64,000 nucleotides of DNA from Octopus sinensis (taxonomy: Eukaryota), in NCBI RefSeq assembly GCF_006345805.1, contig NC_043017.1:6138001-6202000 (forward strand), in the 5' to 3' direction. The notes under the pieces were generated by a model. It had not been told where the DNA came from. It made no database searches and worked only from the letters and a program-made list of their open reading frames with translations. The translations under genes and the position numbers were made by a program. Below, in pieces: positions 13,267 to 25,390 of this stretch (its first letter is position 1; each line of letters starts with the position of its first letter).

Positions 13267-13660
13267 AAATCATACGCTGTGTTGGAACTCCAAATGTTTT
13301 GATGAAATTAAGGGCTGGTTCAACCCAAATTCAATCCTCTCAGACTTGGGGCCCTGTGTGTAACCTTGCCCTCCACTTAGGTTCCTGAGCTAAAAAATAA
13401 ATCATATACTAATGCGTAACTCCAAATGTTTTGATGAAATTAAGGGCTGGTTCAACCCAAATTTAATCCTCTCAAACTTGGGGCCCTGTATGTAACTTTG
13501 CCCTCCACTTAGGTTCCTGAGCTAAAAAATAAATCGTATACTGTGTTTGAACTCCAAATGTTTTGATGAAATTAAGGGCTGGTTCAACCCAAGTTTAATC
13601 CTCTCAGACTTGGGCCCCTGACTTCACCCTCCACTTGGGTTCCTGAGCCAAAAAATAAAT
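13267..13660. repeat. Complex tandem repeat, 132-bp unit, about 3 copies
   Basis: AACTCCAAATGTTTTGATGAAATTAAGGGCTGGTTCAACCCAA starts at 13286, 13418 and 13550. Confidence 0.95.
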
Positions 13661-14123
13661 AGTTGCATAGAACTATAACTGGCAGTCCATTGGTTACAAT
13701 GATGAAAGTTCTAGCTGATCAGCTCAAAAGAACCACCTGCTCATGAAATTAACATGCAAGTGGCTGAGTACTCCATGGACACATGTCATACCCTTCATCC
13801 TTTCGGGGTCGATAAATTAAGTACCAGTTAGGCACTATGGTCGATGTAATTGACTTAATCCGTTTGTCTGTCCTTGTTTGTCCCCCCTGTGTTTAGCCCC
13901 TTGTGGGTAGTAAAGAAATATATATATATAAATATAATTAGAGGTTGTGTTAACCTCATAAAAGGATGGTTTCATCCAACGAAATATTGGTTCAATGCCT
14001 AGTATTTTTAGGAAATGAACTTCCTTAAAATAAAGGTGTATATATAAAAAACATAGTTTATATTCATTTGAAAGAAGAAAATAGAGATCATGAAGTTAAT
14101 AATTTATTATTAACAACAATATA

Positions 14124-14455
14124 GGCGCAGGAGTGGCTGTGTGGTAAGTAGCTTGCTAACCAACCACATGGTTCCGGGTTCAGTCCCACTGCGTGGCATC
14201 TTGGGCAAGTGTCTTCTGCTATAGCCCCGGGCCGACCAATGCCTTGTGAGTGGATTTGGTAGACGGAAACTGAAAGAAGCCTGTCGTATATATGTATATA
14301 TATATATATAAGTGTGTGTGTATATGTTTGTGTGTCTGTGTTTGTCCCCCTAGCATTGCTTGACAACCGATGCTGGTGTGTTTACGTCCCTGTCACTTAG
14401 CGATTCGGCAAAAGAGACCGATAGAATAAGTACTGAAACAAGTAAAAGAATAAAA
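14124..14455 (+). mobile_element. SINE family A (tRNA-like head, internal TA/TG microsatellite)
   Basis: GGCGCAGGAGTGGCTGTGTGGTAAG (A-box-like) ... GGTTCAGTCCC (B-box-like). Near-identical to 40243-40648; more than 15 full or partial copies occur in the window. Confidence 0.85.
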
Positions 14456-14699
14456 GAGTAACAATTATTAACTTCCTAATCTCCACTTTCTTATATATAT
14501 ATGTGTGTGTGTGTATACATATCTGTGGTGTGAGTGTGTTCATTAGATATAATACATCATATCCTATAGGGATATGTATGTCTATGTTCCTTCTATGACC
14601 CAAAGACTATTAGTATTCTGTGTAATAAACTTAATGATGAAATTCGAGGTGGTTATCACTTAGGTGAGATTCAATGTCATTGAAGGTTGCATCATATCA

Positions 14700-15031
14700 T
14701 ATACCATATGTGTATATGTATGAGTATATATGTATCTATATATATGTATCTATATATATGTATCTATATATATATATGTATATATGTATCTCTATATATG
14801 TATATATATATATGTGTGTATATACATGTGTGTGTGTGTGTATGTATATATATATATATACATATATCTGTATATATATGTATATATATATATGTGTGTG
14901 TGTATATATATGTGTATATATATGTGTATATATACGTGTATATATAAATATATATATGAATATATATGTATATATATATGCATGTGTATATATATGTATG
15001 TGTATATATATATGCATGTGTATATATATAT

Positions 15032-15077
<46 letters not shown>

Positions 15078-15184
15078 AATATATATATATATGTATGTGT
15101 ATATATATATATATGTATGTGTAATATATATATATATGTATGTGTGTATATATATATGTATGTGTATATATATATCTTAGTGTG

Positions 15185-15240
<56 letters not shown>

Positions 15241-15560
15241 ATATATATATGTATGTGTATATATATATATCTTATGTGTGTATATATATATATATATAAT
15301 ATATATATATATCTATATATTATAGTATGTGTATATATATATATATATGTATGTGTGTGTATATAATATAATATATATATATACACACAGATATATCTAC
15401 ACACAGATAATATATATATATTATATATATAGAGAGAGGAGAGAGAGAGAGAGAGAAAGGGAAAAGAGACAGAGAGAGAAATAGATAGACATACACACAT
15501 AAATAATGCATCCATCCATACATACACACAGTCAAACATACATACATATATGCTATAATA
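14700..15560. repeat. Long (TA)/(TG) compound microsatellite, representative of many (1-470, 4795-5270, 30960-31350, 43440-44470, 48930-49690, 56140-56520, 57400-57970)
   Basis: Direct inspection. These tracts account for the YI/CV/HT-rich ORFs. Confidence 0.95.
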
Positions 15561-15984
15561 TAATATATTACGAATGTGTTTCGTGCCATTCTCATCATGA
15601 AAGATTTATTAAATATCCTCTCTCTAACACAACTGACCGGCAGATGGCATCTTATACGAAGCAGACAGGAATGGTTCCACTCTATGTCTTCTGTGTATTT
15701 GTGTGTTTGTAGATGTCACAGTAAGTATATCTATAAGTGTGTGTGTGTGTGAGTTTGCTCTGTGTGAAATATTAGAATTGGTATCTAAACCCGAGTTACC
15801 ACCACCTCTCCCTCCCTCTCTCTCATTCTGTATGTGTGTGTGTGTGTGTGTGTGTTTATATATATATATATATATATGTATAGATGGTTGGATAGATGGA
15901 TAGGTAGATAGATAGATAATGTGTATGTATATGCATAAGCACGCATATATATATATATATATAAGGGTGTTTGTGTATGCGCGC

Positions 15985-16030
<46 letters not shown>

Positions 16031-16844
16031 ATAGATTGATAAATAGATAGATAATGTATATGTATATACGCACACATAGACGCTCATATAAATGAATAAA
16101 TTTTTATGTATACACACATATCTATATATACACACATACATGTATATTTATATGTATTTATAGGTGTGTGTATGTATATGCACGTCTGTGTGTATGTATT
16201 TGTGCGTGTGCATGTGTGTATATTTATATATATGTGTGTGTGTCTATGCATACACCTCTGTATGAATGTATGTTTATATGTATGTATATGTGTATGCCTC
16301 TGTGTGTATGTATGTGTATATATATATGTGTGTGTGTTTGTGTTTGCGTGTCCTCTCTCCCATATCTTGAAATGTAGACTGAGTGTCAACATTTGACTCT
16401 AATTGCTAGTAAATTGATGCTGGGAGACAGCGGAAGACCAATGAAGGTCAATGAAGACTAATAAAGACTAATGAAGGCTAATTAACTGACAAAAAGGGAA
16501 CCTTAATGCAGACATTTGATCGACTAGAAATAGCAGCCAGGACACTGTTGATTGGTTTTGTCAGGAGGGAACATTTATAGTTGTGCAGACAGTGTGTGTG
16601 TGTGTGTTCTTTCTCTCACACACATACGCATAGATATATGTACATACACACATGCTCACATACACACAGACACACACACACACATGTACACCTCACACTC
16701 CCACACACAAAATACACACACACACACATATATAAGCACATGCATGCATATATATAAATACACACACACATGTAAACAAGTATACTTCCATTCATGCGCA
16801 CACACACACACACACACACTTACAGACACACACATATGTATATC

Positions 16845-17300
16845 ATCATCATCATCGTTTAGCGTCGCTTTCCATGCTGGCATGGGTGGGACAGTGCAAC
16901 TGGGGTCTGGGAAGCCAGAAGGCTGCACCAGGCCCAGTCTGATCTGGCAATGTTTCTACAGCTGGATGCCCTTCCTAATGCCAACAACTCCATGAGTGTA
17001 GTGGGTGCATTTTACGTGCCACCTGCACAGGTGCCAGACAAGTCTAGCAAACGGCCAGGGTCGGACGGTGCTTTTTATGTCCCACCAGCACGGAGGCCAG
17101 GCGAGGCTGGCAAACGGCCACAATCGGATGGTGCTCTTTACATGCCACCAGCACGGAGGCCAGGTGAGGCTGGCAATGGCCACGATCGGATGGTGCTTTT
17201 TACATGCCACCGGCACGGAAGCCAGTCAGGGCGACACTGGCAACGACCACGTTCGGATGGTTCTCTTATGTGCCACCAGCACTGATATCACAGCGACAAT
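16845..17300 (-). mobile_element. Family C non-autonomous retroelement with an RTE-like 3' end, (GAT)n tail and internal 62-67-bp tandem units
   Basis: catcatcatcgttta.cgtc..tttccatgctggcatgggt...ggatgcccttcctaa.gccaac resembles RTE 3' ends. Related copies lie at about 2815-2895, 4135-4290, 26430-26740, 27225-27450, 33265-33560, 37590-37740, 47745-48012 and 51930-52150. Confidence 0.7.
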
Positions 17301-19261
17301 TTCCATTCATGTTGATCGATTTTTCCTTTTTCTTTTTTTCTTTTTTTTCTTTTTCTTTTTTTTTTTTTGTTTTTCACTTGCCTCAACAGGTCTTCACAAG
17401 TAGGGTTTTGTGTCCCAAGAAGGAAAGGTATGCATTAGTGGACTGAGGCCATAATATATATATATATATATACATATATACACATATATATATATACATA
17501 TAAAATGGTCTTTTTTAAGTTCCTCTCAACCAGTTCCACTCAGAAGGCTTAGATCAACCCAATGCTGAAGAAGTCACTTGCCCAAGTTGTCATGTAGTGG
17601 GACTGAACTTGGATCCATATAGTTGGGAAATAAGCTTATTACTTCACCTAGACACCCACAGAGTTGTATTGCAGCTGAAAAACTTTACAAACATTACGTT
17701 TGTGTTTCTGAAAACTGCTCTTCAGACAGAAAAGTGTTGTATTTGCCACCTGGTTTTGCACATATATGCTTGCCTCTACGCACACACAAACACACAACAC
17801 ACACACATGCACAGACATCCACAGATGTGTGTGTGTATGTATCTATGTCTGCCTGTATATATACACATATGTATATGTATGTGTGTTTTATATATATATG
17901 TATGTATCTATACCTGTCTGTTGCGTTTATGTACCTGTATGCATATCTATGTGTGAGATATACATACATACACACATGTGTGAGTTATATATAGTGTATA
18001 CATAAACACAGAGACATGCATATACATACATGTAATATAAATATGCACACACACACATACACACACATAGATACAGCTAATGTAATTTGCTGCTGTTCTA
18101 GTACAGCTTGACTATTAATTATGAGAAAATTAACTTCTTAAAACTAATTTACAAATTATAAATTTCTTTCTTTCTTTTTCTCTTGTATACACCTCCGGAA
18201 TATAATTAATATATTTTTGTTGTGTTTAGGATATAGCAACAAAGTGTTGTAGTGGTGTTAGTAGCGGTAGTGGTCATGGTGGAGTTGGTGATGGTGGTGG
18301 TTGTTGGTGATGGTGGTGTTAATGGTGTATGTTGTCGTTATGGTTGTAGCGCTGATAGGAATAGTAGTGGTTGTGGTGGGGTTGTTGACTGTAGTAGTGG
18401 TCATGGTTCTAGTAGTTGTTGTAGTGGAGGTGGTTGTGGTAGCGGTGGTTGTGGTAGCAGTGGTTGTGATAGCGGTGGTGGTTGTGGTTGTGGTGGTAGT
18501 GATGCTGGTTAAGGCTATGGTGACGGTCATGGTAGTGATGGATGTAGTAATGGACTTTGTTGTGTTGGTGGTAGTTGTGGTAGTATTGGTGGTGATGGTG
18601 GTGGCAGTGATAATAGCTGTGTATGTTATGAAAGTGGTGATGGTGGTGGTGTTGGTTGCAGTGGTAGTGGTGGTGGTTGTGGTAAAGACAGATGTTGTAG
18701 TAGTGGTGCAGTCATGGCTGTGGTGATTGTGGCTGTTGTAATGGTAGTGGTGCTGGTGGTAGAGGTAGTGATGGTGGTGGTGGTCTTGATGCATTTGCTG
18801 CAGTAATGGTGGTAGTAGTGTTTGTGTCTGATGTGATGATGATGGTGATGAACTTTATGGTAGTGATAGTAATGGATGATGCGATCATCACCATGGTAGT
18901 ATCAGTGGTGGTTGTGGTGGTGGTGGTGGATGTTGCAGTGATGGTAGTAGTAGCCGGTCAGTCACTTTGTTTCAAATTTTTCCAATTTTTGTCGTTCATT
19001 TTTCTCCTCTTTAATTTAATTCTCAATTCACTTTTGTTTGCTTTTCCAACAAACACAATGCACACACATTCATTCATATACACACCAATACATATGCATA
19101 CATACATACATACAAACATACATATATATACATATATACACACACACACATAAACCAATGCATACACATCTATACGAAAACAAAAACATACATGTATACA
19201 CACATACATTTACATGCATACATGTATACACAAAGCATAAACACATTCCTATATATATATG

Positions 19262-19308
<47 letters not shown>

Positions 19309-20106
19309 ATACATACATACATAACATACAATGTTCACACATATACATACACATATTTACATACATACAGTCACAAATGATTACAAACATATCTACCTAC
19401 ACACACTCATGCACTTACACATGCACACAAACATACACACATACACTTATTTACATACACACATTCACACACATGTATACAGTTCCGGAGTATGTATGTG
19501 TGTGTGTGTGTGTATGATAAATTGACTCCATGTGTCTTACTTGATAAATAACTTGTAGATTTCTATAGTTAAATAGATTTATTGTACACTTGGGTGTGTG
19601 CCTGTGTGTGTGTGTTTATGTTAAATATGCATCCGTATGCATGATTATATAAGATGCAGATAGGCTGTTTATATGATGAGACACACAAACATATACACAC
19701 ACACATAGAGACGTGATAAATGCCTCATCTCATCAGATGATAGCCGTCTCACATTTAGCCTGGTTGTTCTGATTTAAGCTTATTCTTCCATGTACACAGA
19801 TATGACTTTACGTGTTGCCATGCATCCATCAATATTGAGCTTTTATAAAAGACAAAGCAGATCAAGGAATGAAATGATGGTGAGATTCTGTACATCACTG
19901 GATTTGTGTGACAAAAGCTTACACAGCACTTTGGCCATTCTTGTAGGTTCCAGTGATGAGCATTACAAGATGACATGGTCAGCAGGATTGTTGGTATTCT
20001 GGAAGAAATGCTTTGGGGCATTTTGTCCGTCTCCATGTCCTGAGTTCAGATTCTGCCGAGGTCAACATTGCCTTTTATCCTTTTGGAGGTCAATAAAATA
20101 AGTACC

Positions 20107-20331
20107 TATTTCTTTACTACCCACAAGGGGCTAAACACAGAGGGGACAAACAAGGACAGACAAACGGATTAAGTTGATTATATCGACCCCGGTGAATAAC
20201 TGGTACTTATTTAATCGACCCGAAAGGATGAAAGGCAAAGTCGACCTTGGCGGAATTTGAACTCAGAACGTAGCGGCAGACGAAATACGGCTAAGTATTT
20301 CACCCGGCGTGCTAACGTTTCTGCCAGCTCG
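20107..20331 (-). mobile_element. SINE family B (tRNA-like head; central gactttgcctttcatcctttcggggtcgat domain, recalled as Meta/MESC-like) nested in an older family-B copy
   Basis: 16-bp target-site duplication CAATAAAATAAGTACC at 20091-20106 and 20332-20347. Confidence 0.85.
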
Positions 20332-20431
20332 CAATAAAATAAGTACCAGTTGAGTACTGGGGCCAGTAGAGTCGAATTACCCCACCTCCAAATTCGCTGG
20401 CCTTGTTCCAAAATCTGAAATCAATATAAAT

Positions 20432-20734
20432 GGAGTGGCTGTGTGGTAAGTTCTTGCTTCCCAACCACATGGCTCCGGGTTCAGTCCTCAGGCCGACAAA
20501 AGCCTTGTGAGTGGATTTGGTAGCTGGAAACTGAAAGAAGCCCGTTGTATATATATATGAGTGTGTGTGTGTGTGTGCGTGTGTGTGCATGTGTGTGTAT
20601 TTGTGTGTCTGTGTTTGTCTCACCAGCATTGCTTGACAACCGATGCTGGTGTGTTACAACGTGATAACAACAAACAAGATGAGGACAAATATGCGTCATA
20701 TGTAAATAATGTAAATAAAGGCACACAAACATAT

Positions 20735-20765
<31 letters not shown>

Positions 20766-20931
20766 CATATATACGACAGGCTTCTTTCAGTTTCCGTCTA
20801 CCAAATCCACTCACAAGGCTTTGGTCGGCCCGAGGCTATAGAAGAAGACACTTGCCGAAGGTGCCATGCAGTGGGACTGAACGCGGAACCATGTGGTTGG
20901 TAAGCATGCTACTTACCACACAGCCACTCCT
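20432..20931. mobile_element. Two family-A SINEs in inverted orientation (20432-20655 +, 20774-20931 -)
   Basis: Both contain the head-to-gaaactgaaagaagcc segment, on opposite strands. Confidence 0.8.
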
Positions 20932-21081
20932 ATGTCAACATATATATATATATATATATATATAAGTACTGATTGAGCATGGTGGTGGTGGTGGGAGCGA
21001 TGTAATTGATTAATGCCCTTCTCTGAAATTGCTGGCCCTGTGACAAAATTTGAAACTATTACTACTGTTATTATCATCAAG

Positions 21082-21305
21082 TGGAGGCATATGGCTTAGT
21101 GGTTTGAGTGCTGGACTCATGATTGTAAGATTGTGGTTTCAATTCCTGGACTGGGCAACGTGTTGTGTTCTTGAGCAAGACACTTCATTTCATGTTGCTC
21201 CAGTCCACTCAGCTGGCAGAAATGAATAATCCCACAATGGACAGGTGACCCATCCAGGAGGGGAATATATATGTCATGGAAACCAGGAAATCGGCCCTTA
21301 AGAAT
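21082..21305 (+). mobile_element. SINE family D (tRNA head, CORE-like gtgttcttgagcaagacact); other copies at 10813-11056 -, 28510-28650 -, 55118-55310 +
   Basis: GTGGAGGCATATGGCTTAGTGG...GGTTTCAATTCCTGG...TTGTGTTCTTGAGCAAGACACTTCATTTCA. Confidence 0.7.
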
Positions 21306-21819
21306 TGGCATAACTCAAGAACATCAACATCATAATTATTATTCAAAATCAAAACTCTTCAGATTACAAAGTCTTGGAGTCCAAATTTGTCAATGCCAAA
21401 ATTTTTGATTCCAATTTCCTTTCTATGCTTTCTTTATCTGCTTCTTTTCTCTCTCTCCTTCTCTCTCTTTCTTGCTCACCCCCCCCCTCTCTCTCTCTCA
21501 TCCTTTTTCTCTCACCCTCTCTTTTTTGCTGTTATTGTTGTGATTTTCGAAAAGACTTCACACTTAAAGTATGACATTTTCAATTTATTTCTTCTGTCTT
21601 TTAAGGTCCTTGACAAACTCCTTAAAACAGCAGAGCACTTCCCCATTTATACAACTCTGTCTTGTTTTTTAACATTCTTCATAACATTTGGCTCTAACAA
21701 AGTGATTATGTATGAATGTATATTTGTATGTATGGTATGCATGTACATACAACTGCATGTATGCATTATGCATGAACATGAGTATATATACATTAATACA
21801 TACTATATGTCTCTCGCTT

Positions 21820-21873
<54 letters not shown>

Positions 21874-22463
21874 TATATATATATGTACATGTGTGTATGC
21901 ATGTATATATATATAGTACATATAGATATATGAATATGTATTGATATATATATATATATATATATATCATCATTTAACATCCGTTTTCCATGCTGGTATG
22001 CGTTTATATACATATATGTATATATACATATAAACTGTGTGTATATATATATATATATATATATAGTGTGTATATATGAAAATATGTGTGTGTATGTATA
22101 TAGATTTATATATATATACATATACAGTATGCATGTACATATATATATGTGCGTGTGTGTATGAGTGAGTGTGCATGTGTGTTTCACAAAGTCAATATAT
22201 ACACATGTATATATACATATAGACTGTATATATATATATGATGATGATGATGATGATGATATATATAGTGTGTGTGTGTGTATGTATGAGTGAGTGTGCA
22301 TGTGTTTCACAAAGTCAGTATGAATATTTGATAATTTTTTTTTCTTTCCCTTTCATCTTTCCTCAGTTTTAAATACAATTTCAAAATTCTTCAAAAAAAA
22401 AACAAAAGAACAAAAAAGCAAAAAAGATAACCAAAGAAAATTTCGGTAAATAGATTTGCTAAC

Positions 22464-22532
22464 GAGAGAGAGAAAGAGCGAAAGAGAGAGAGTGAGAGAA
22501 GAGAGCTAGTGGTTGCATTTTCTATATAAAAG
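22464..22532 (+). promoter_or_regulatory. Candidate core promoter: GA-rich tract followed by a TATA box
   Basis: (GA)n tract 22464-22505 and TATATAAAAG at 22523-22532, upstream of the candidate ATG. TATA-like words are common in this AT-rich DNA. Confidence 0.25.
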
Positions 22533-22630
22533 ATTCAAAGAATACTATTTGTATGAAAACAAATATATCAAAATTTGGTTAAATCTTCAATATTGAACTG
22601 TAAACTTGCAACTATAAGAACCATGGCTTC

Positions 22631-22694
22631 ATGACAAATATTTCCACAAGAACAGAAAACGAATTAAATAGAGTTTGGATGTCACTTTATAACG
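22631..22694 (+). CDS. Speculative first coding exon of the same gene (MTNISTRTENELNRVWMSLYN+G)
   Basis: ATG at 22631 lies in non-repetitive sequence about 100 bp downstream of TATATAAAAG. The peptide has a W-x-x-L-Y pattern like the helix preceding the rhomboid EF-hand. The only plausible donor is non-canonical (ACG|GCGAG, phase 1). Confidence 0.25.
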
Positions 22695-22985
22695 GCGAGG
22701 CAGAACACCTGTCACCTTTTATAGAATTTCCGACTCTTTAATAATCTTGGTGGAATTTTTTCATGGGAGAATGGTATTTTTTCTCCTCTTCTTTCTCTTT
22801 TCCTCTCCCAACATCTTTTTTCTTTTTTTTGCATATGTATTTATTCATATATGTATGTGTGTATTATATATATATATTTATATAGATATCATTATTAATT
22901 ATTATCACTAGTAAAATGAATAACAACAACAATAATATAGATAGCCAACAAGCAGAAGCCGATAAATGGCAAATCCTAAATTTTA

Positions 22986-23320
22986 TATCGGATCATTAAG
23001 AATGAAATATCCAATTTTGAACAGAAAGTTTATTTTACTTTATTTCAACAAAAAGCAATGCACTTAATCAAAGTATGCACCTATATTATCAATTCAATTT
23101 TGCCATTTTATCGGTTGCTTATCTATGCCGGCAGGGAAGAATTCTGGAGAGCAAGAGATGATGAAATCCCAAAAGACTGTTTTTGCATCATCTTCAGATT
23201 TGAAGGTTTTTTCCTTTGCAAAAAAGTTGTCTAATACCTGGAAAACGTGATAGTCAGTTGGTGCAAGGTCTGGTGAATATGGTGGCTGACAGAATACTTC
23301 TAAGTTCAGATCCTGTAACT
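22986..23320 (-). mobile_element. mariner transposase C-terminal relic plus probable terminal repeat
   Basis: The minus strand reads LEVFCQPPYSPDLAPTDYHVFQVLDNF/KTFKSEDDAKTVFWDFIISCSPEFFPAGIDKQPIKWQN*IDNIGAYFD* (stop 23064-23066). YSPDLAP-D is the mariner catalytic motif. Confidence 0.85.
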
Positions 23321-23342
23321 TATAATTATAAATTGATTAAAA

Positions 23343-23391
<49 letters not shown>

Positions 23392-23875
23392 ATCCAAGTG
23401 TCTGTGGAGTACTCAGCCACTTGCACATGAATTTCACAAACTGGCCGTTCCATTGATTGGATAACCGACAAAGTCAGGCCAGGCCCAAACCCCAAATGCC
23501 ATGCAATGGGATTGAACTCAAAACCCCATGGTTATGACAAAAACTTCCTAACCACACAGCTACACTATTTGCAGATGTCCCCATCACATTCTACAACCAA
23601 AATATCCCTATTTCTCCCCATTTCTCCTCTACTTTATAATATGACAGAATTGGAAAAAGAAAATGGTGATAAGAATCTACACTACTTAATTTACTCCAAA
23701 TAGTCTATGTGTTCTTTAAGTCATCAATATTTTAAAGATAATGATGATTGATTGATTATTTCAAGTATCATGTGCAATTTGTTTTCTGGCAACGTGGTCA
23801 GAAAATAAATTTGCTCGCTGTTTCTAGTGTTGTGAGTAAAGAACAAAAACAAAATAAAACAGTAAAACAATTTAA

Positions 23876-24071
23876 CATCTCTTCCTCAAATTGAAAAAGT
23901 AGCTGAAAGGTCACCGTTTAATACCGCAGTCAAAATCCAGAGCAAAGCGCAGAAGGGCCTTTGACTCACAGAAAATGACTTCCAGGCTGGATTCCAAAAG
24001 TAACAAGAATACTGGGACCTGTGTATTACTGCACAAAGTGACTATTCGAAGGAGTGGATGTTAAAACTTAG
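23876..24071 (+). mobile_element. mariner transposase C-terminal relic
   Basis: Frameshifted HLFLKLKK*LKGHR..IQSKAQK..LTENDFQAGFQK*QEYWDLCITAQSDY(F)EGVDVKT*. Confidence 0.75.
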
Positions 24072-24079
24072 GTCTCTCT

Positions 24080-24382
24080 CTAACCGCTCAGTCGAAGTCG
24101 ACTCTCAGTCACTTGTTGGATCAGTGTCCTCCAGTCAGTTCTATCCTGGGCCGCTTCTTTCAGATTGGCTATGTCCATTCCGGTTTCACTCTTGATGGTG
24201 TCAAGCCAGCGGGTTCTTGGTCGGCCTCTTCTTCTCTTGCCACTGACCATTCCGAGCATGATGTCCTTCTCCAGGGATTCTCTCCACATAATATGACCGA
24301 AATATGCCAATCTATGCTCGGTGATCCTAGCTTCTAATGACATTTTCGGCCTTATCTGCTTAAGAACTTCTCCATTGGTGAG
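24080..24382 (-). mobile_element. 5'-truncated RTE-clade (BovB-like) LINE, C-terminal end of the ORF
   Basis: An uninterrupted frame of about 100 codons: LTNGEVLKQIRPKMSLEARITEHRLAYFGHIMWRESLEKDIMLGMVSGKRRRGRPRTRWLDTI...QDRTDWRTLIQQVTESRLRLSG*. It carries the diagnostic RTE C-terminal YFGHI, GKRRRGRPR-RW-D and DR--WR motifs. Confidence 0.9.
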
Positions 24383-24559
24383 TCTAAATAAGTTATTTTT
24401 TATTAAACATGATTAGTCTGGGAAACTTTTGATACCCCATCATAACTACTTCTGCTACAGGCACGAGGTCCAAATTTTAGATATTGATTATAAAATATAT
24501 GAAACCATTATTCTATGCTAATTTAGTTAATTTTGTCAAGCTCCCTTTTCATTTTGTAA

Positions 24560-24647
24560 GATAGAAATTTTAATGTAATAAAATGTTTTAAAAGAAATTT
24601 AAAGTGTCTACGTGATAACTGTAAAACTACTTTTGGGCCACCCTGTA
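24560..24647. mobile_element. Solo Tc1/mariner-type terminal repeat
   Basis: ...ACTACTTTTGGGCCACCCTG-TA (reverse complement TA-CAGGGTGGCCCAAAAGTAG). No partner was found. Confidence 0.4.
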
Positions 24648-24789
24648 TACACACACACACATACACACACACAGAGACACATATATCTTGTGTAGGAAGC
24701 AGAATGGAGGTAGGTGTTTGGACAAAGGACGGAATGACAAGACCAGGACATTTTCTTTTGTACATTGAAGAATAACCCTTTCTGTTAGA

Positions 24790-25390
24790 GGCACACAGCC
24801 TGAAACTTTGGGGGAGGCGGCTAGATGATTACATTGAATCCAGTGTATAACTGGTACTTATTTCATCAACCCCCAAAAGGATGAAAGGCAAAGTCAACCA
24901 CAGTGAGATTTGAACTCAGAACGTAAGGATGGATGAAATGCTGCTCAGCATTTTGTCCAGCATGCTAACGATTTTGCCAGCTCAAGAATAATCTTTTCTA
25001 CTCTAGGCACAAGGCCTAAAATTTTGGGTGGGGGTGGGGGCCAGTTGATTAGATCAACCCCAGTACACAATTGGTGCTTAATTTATCAACCCAAAAGGAT
25101 GAAAGGCAAATCGACCTTGGCGGAATTTGAACTCAGAACATAAAGACAGACGCAATACCTATTTCTTTACTACCTACAAGGGGCTAAACACAGAGAGGAC
25201 AAACAAGGACAGACAAACGGATTAAGTCGATTATATCGACCCCAGTGCATAACTGGTACTTATTTAATCGACCCCGAAAGGATGAAAAGCAATGTCGACC
25301 TCAGCAGAATTTGAACTCAGTACGTAAAGACAGATGAAATACTGTTTAGCCTTTCACCAGGTGTATTAATTATTCTGCCAGCTCACTGCC
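24790..25390 (-). mobile_element. Cluster of three family-B SINE cores
   Basis: Repeated ggatgaaaggcaaagtc...aatttgaactcaga blocks at about 24880, 25100 and 25280. Confidence 0.8.

Noticed and set aside
14124-14190. tRNA-like sequences at SINE heads
   Set aside because: They have A/B-box-like motifs only, with no full cloverleaf, and continue into SINE bodies, so they are not tRNA genes.
15642-15726. Possible exon ending at ACA|GTAAGT (ADRNG looks EF-hand-like)
   Set aside because: No consistent acceptor and frame, and this 6-mer donor is expected many times by chance in 64 kb.
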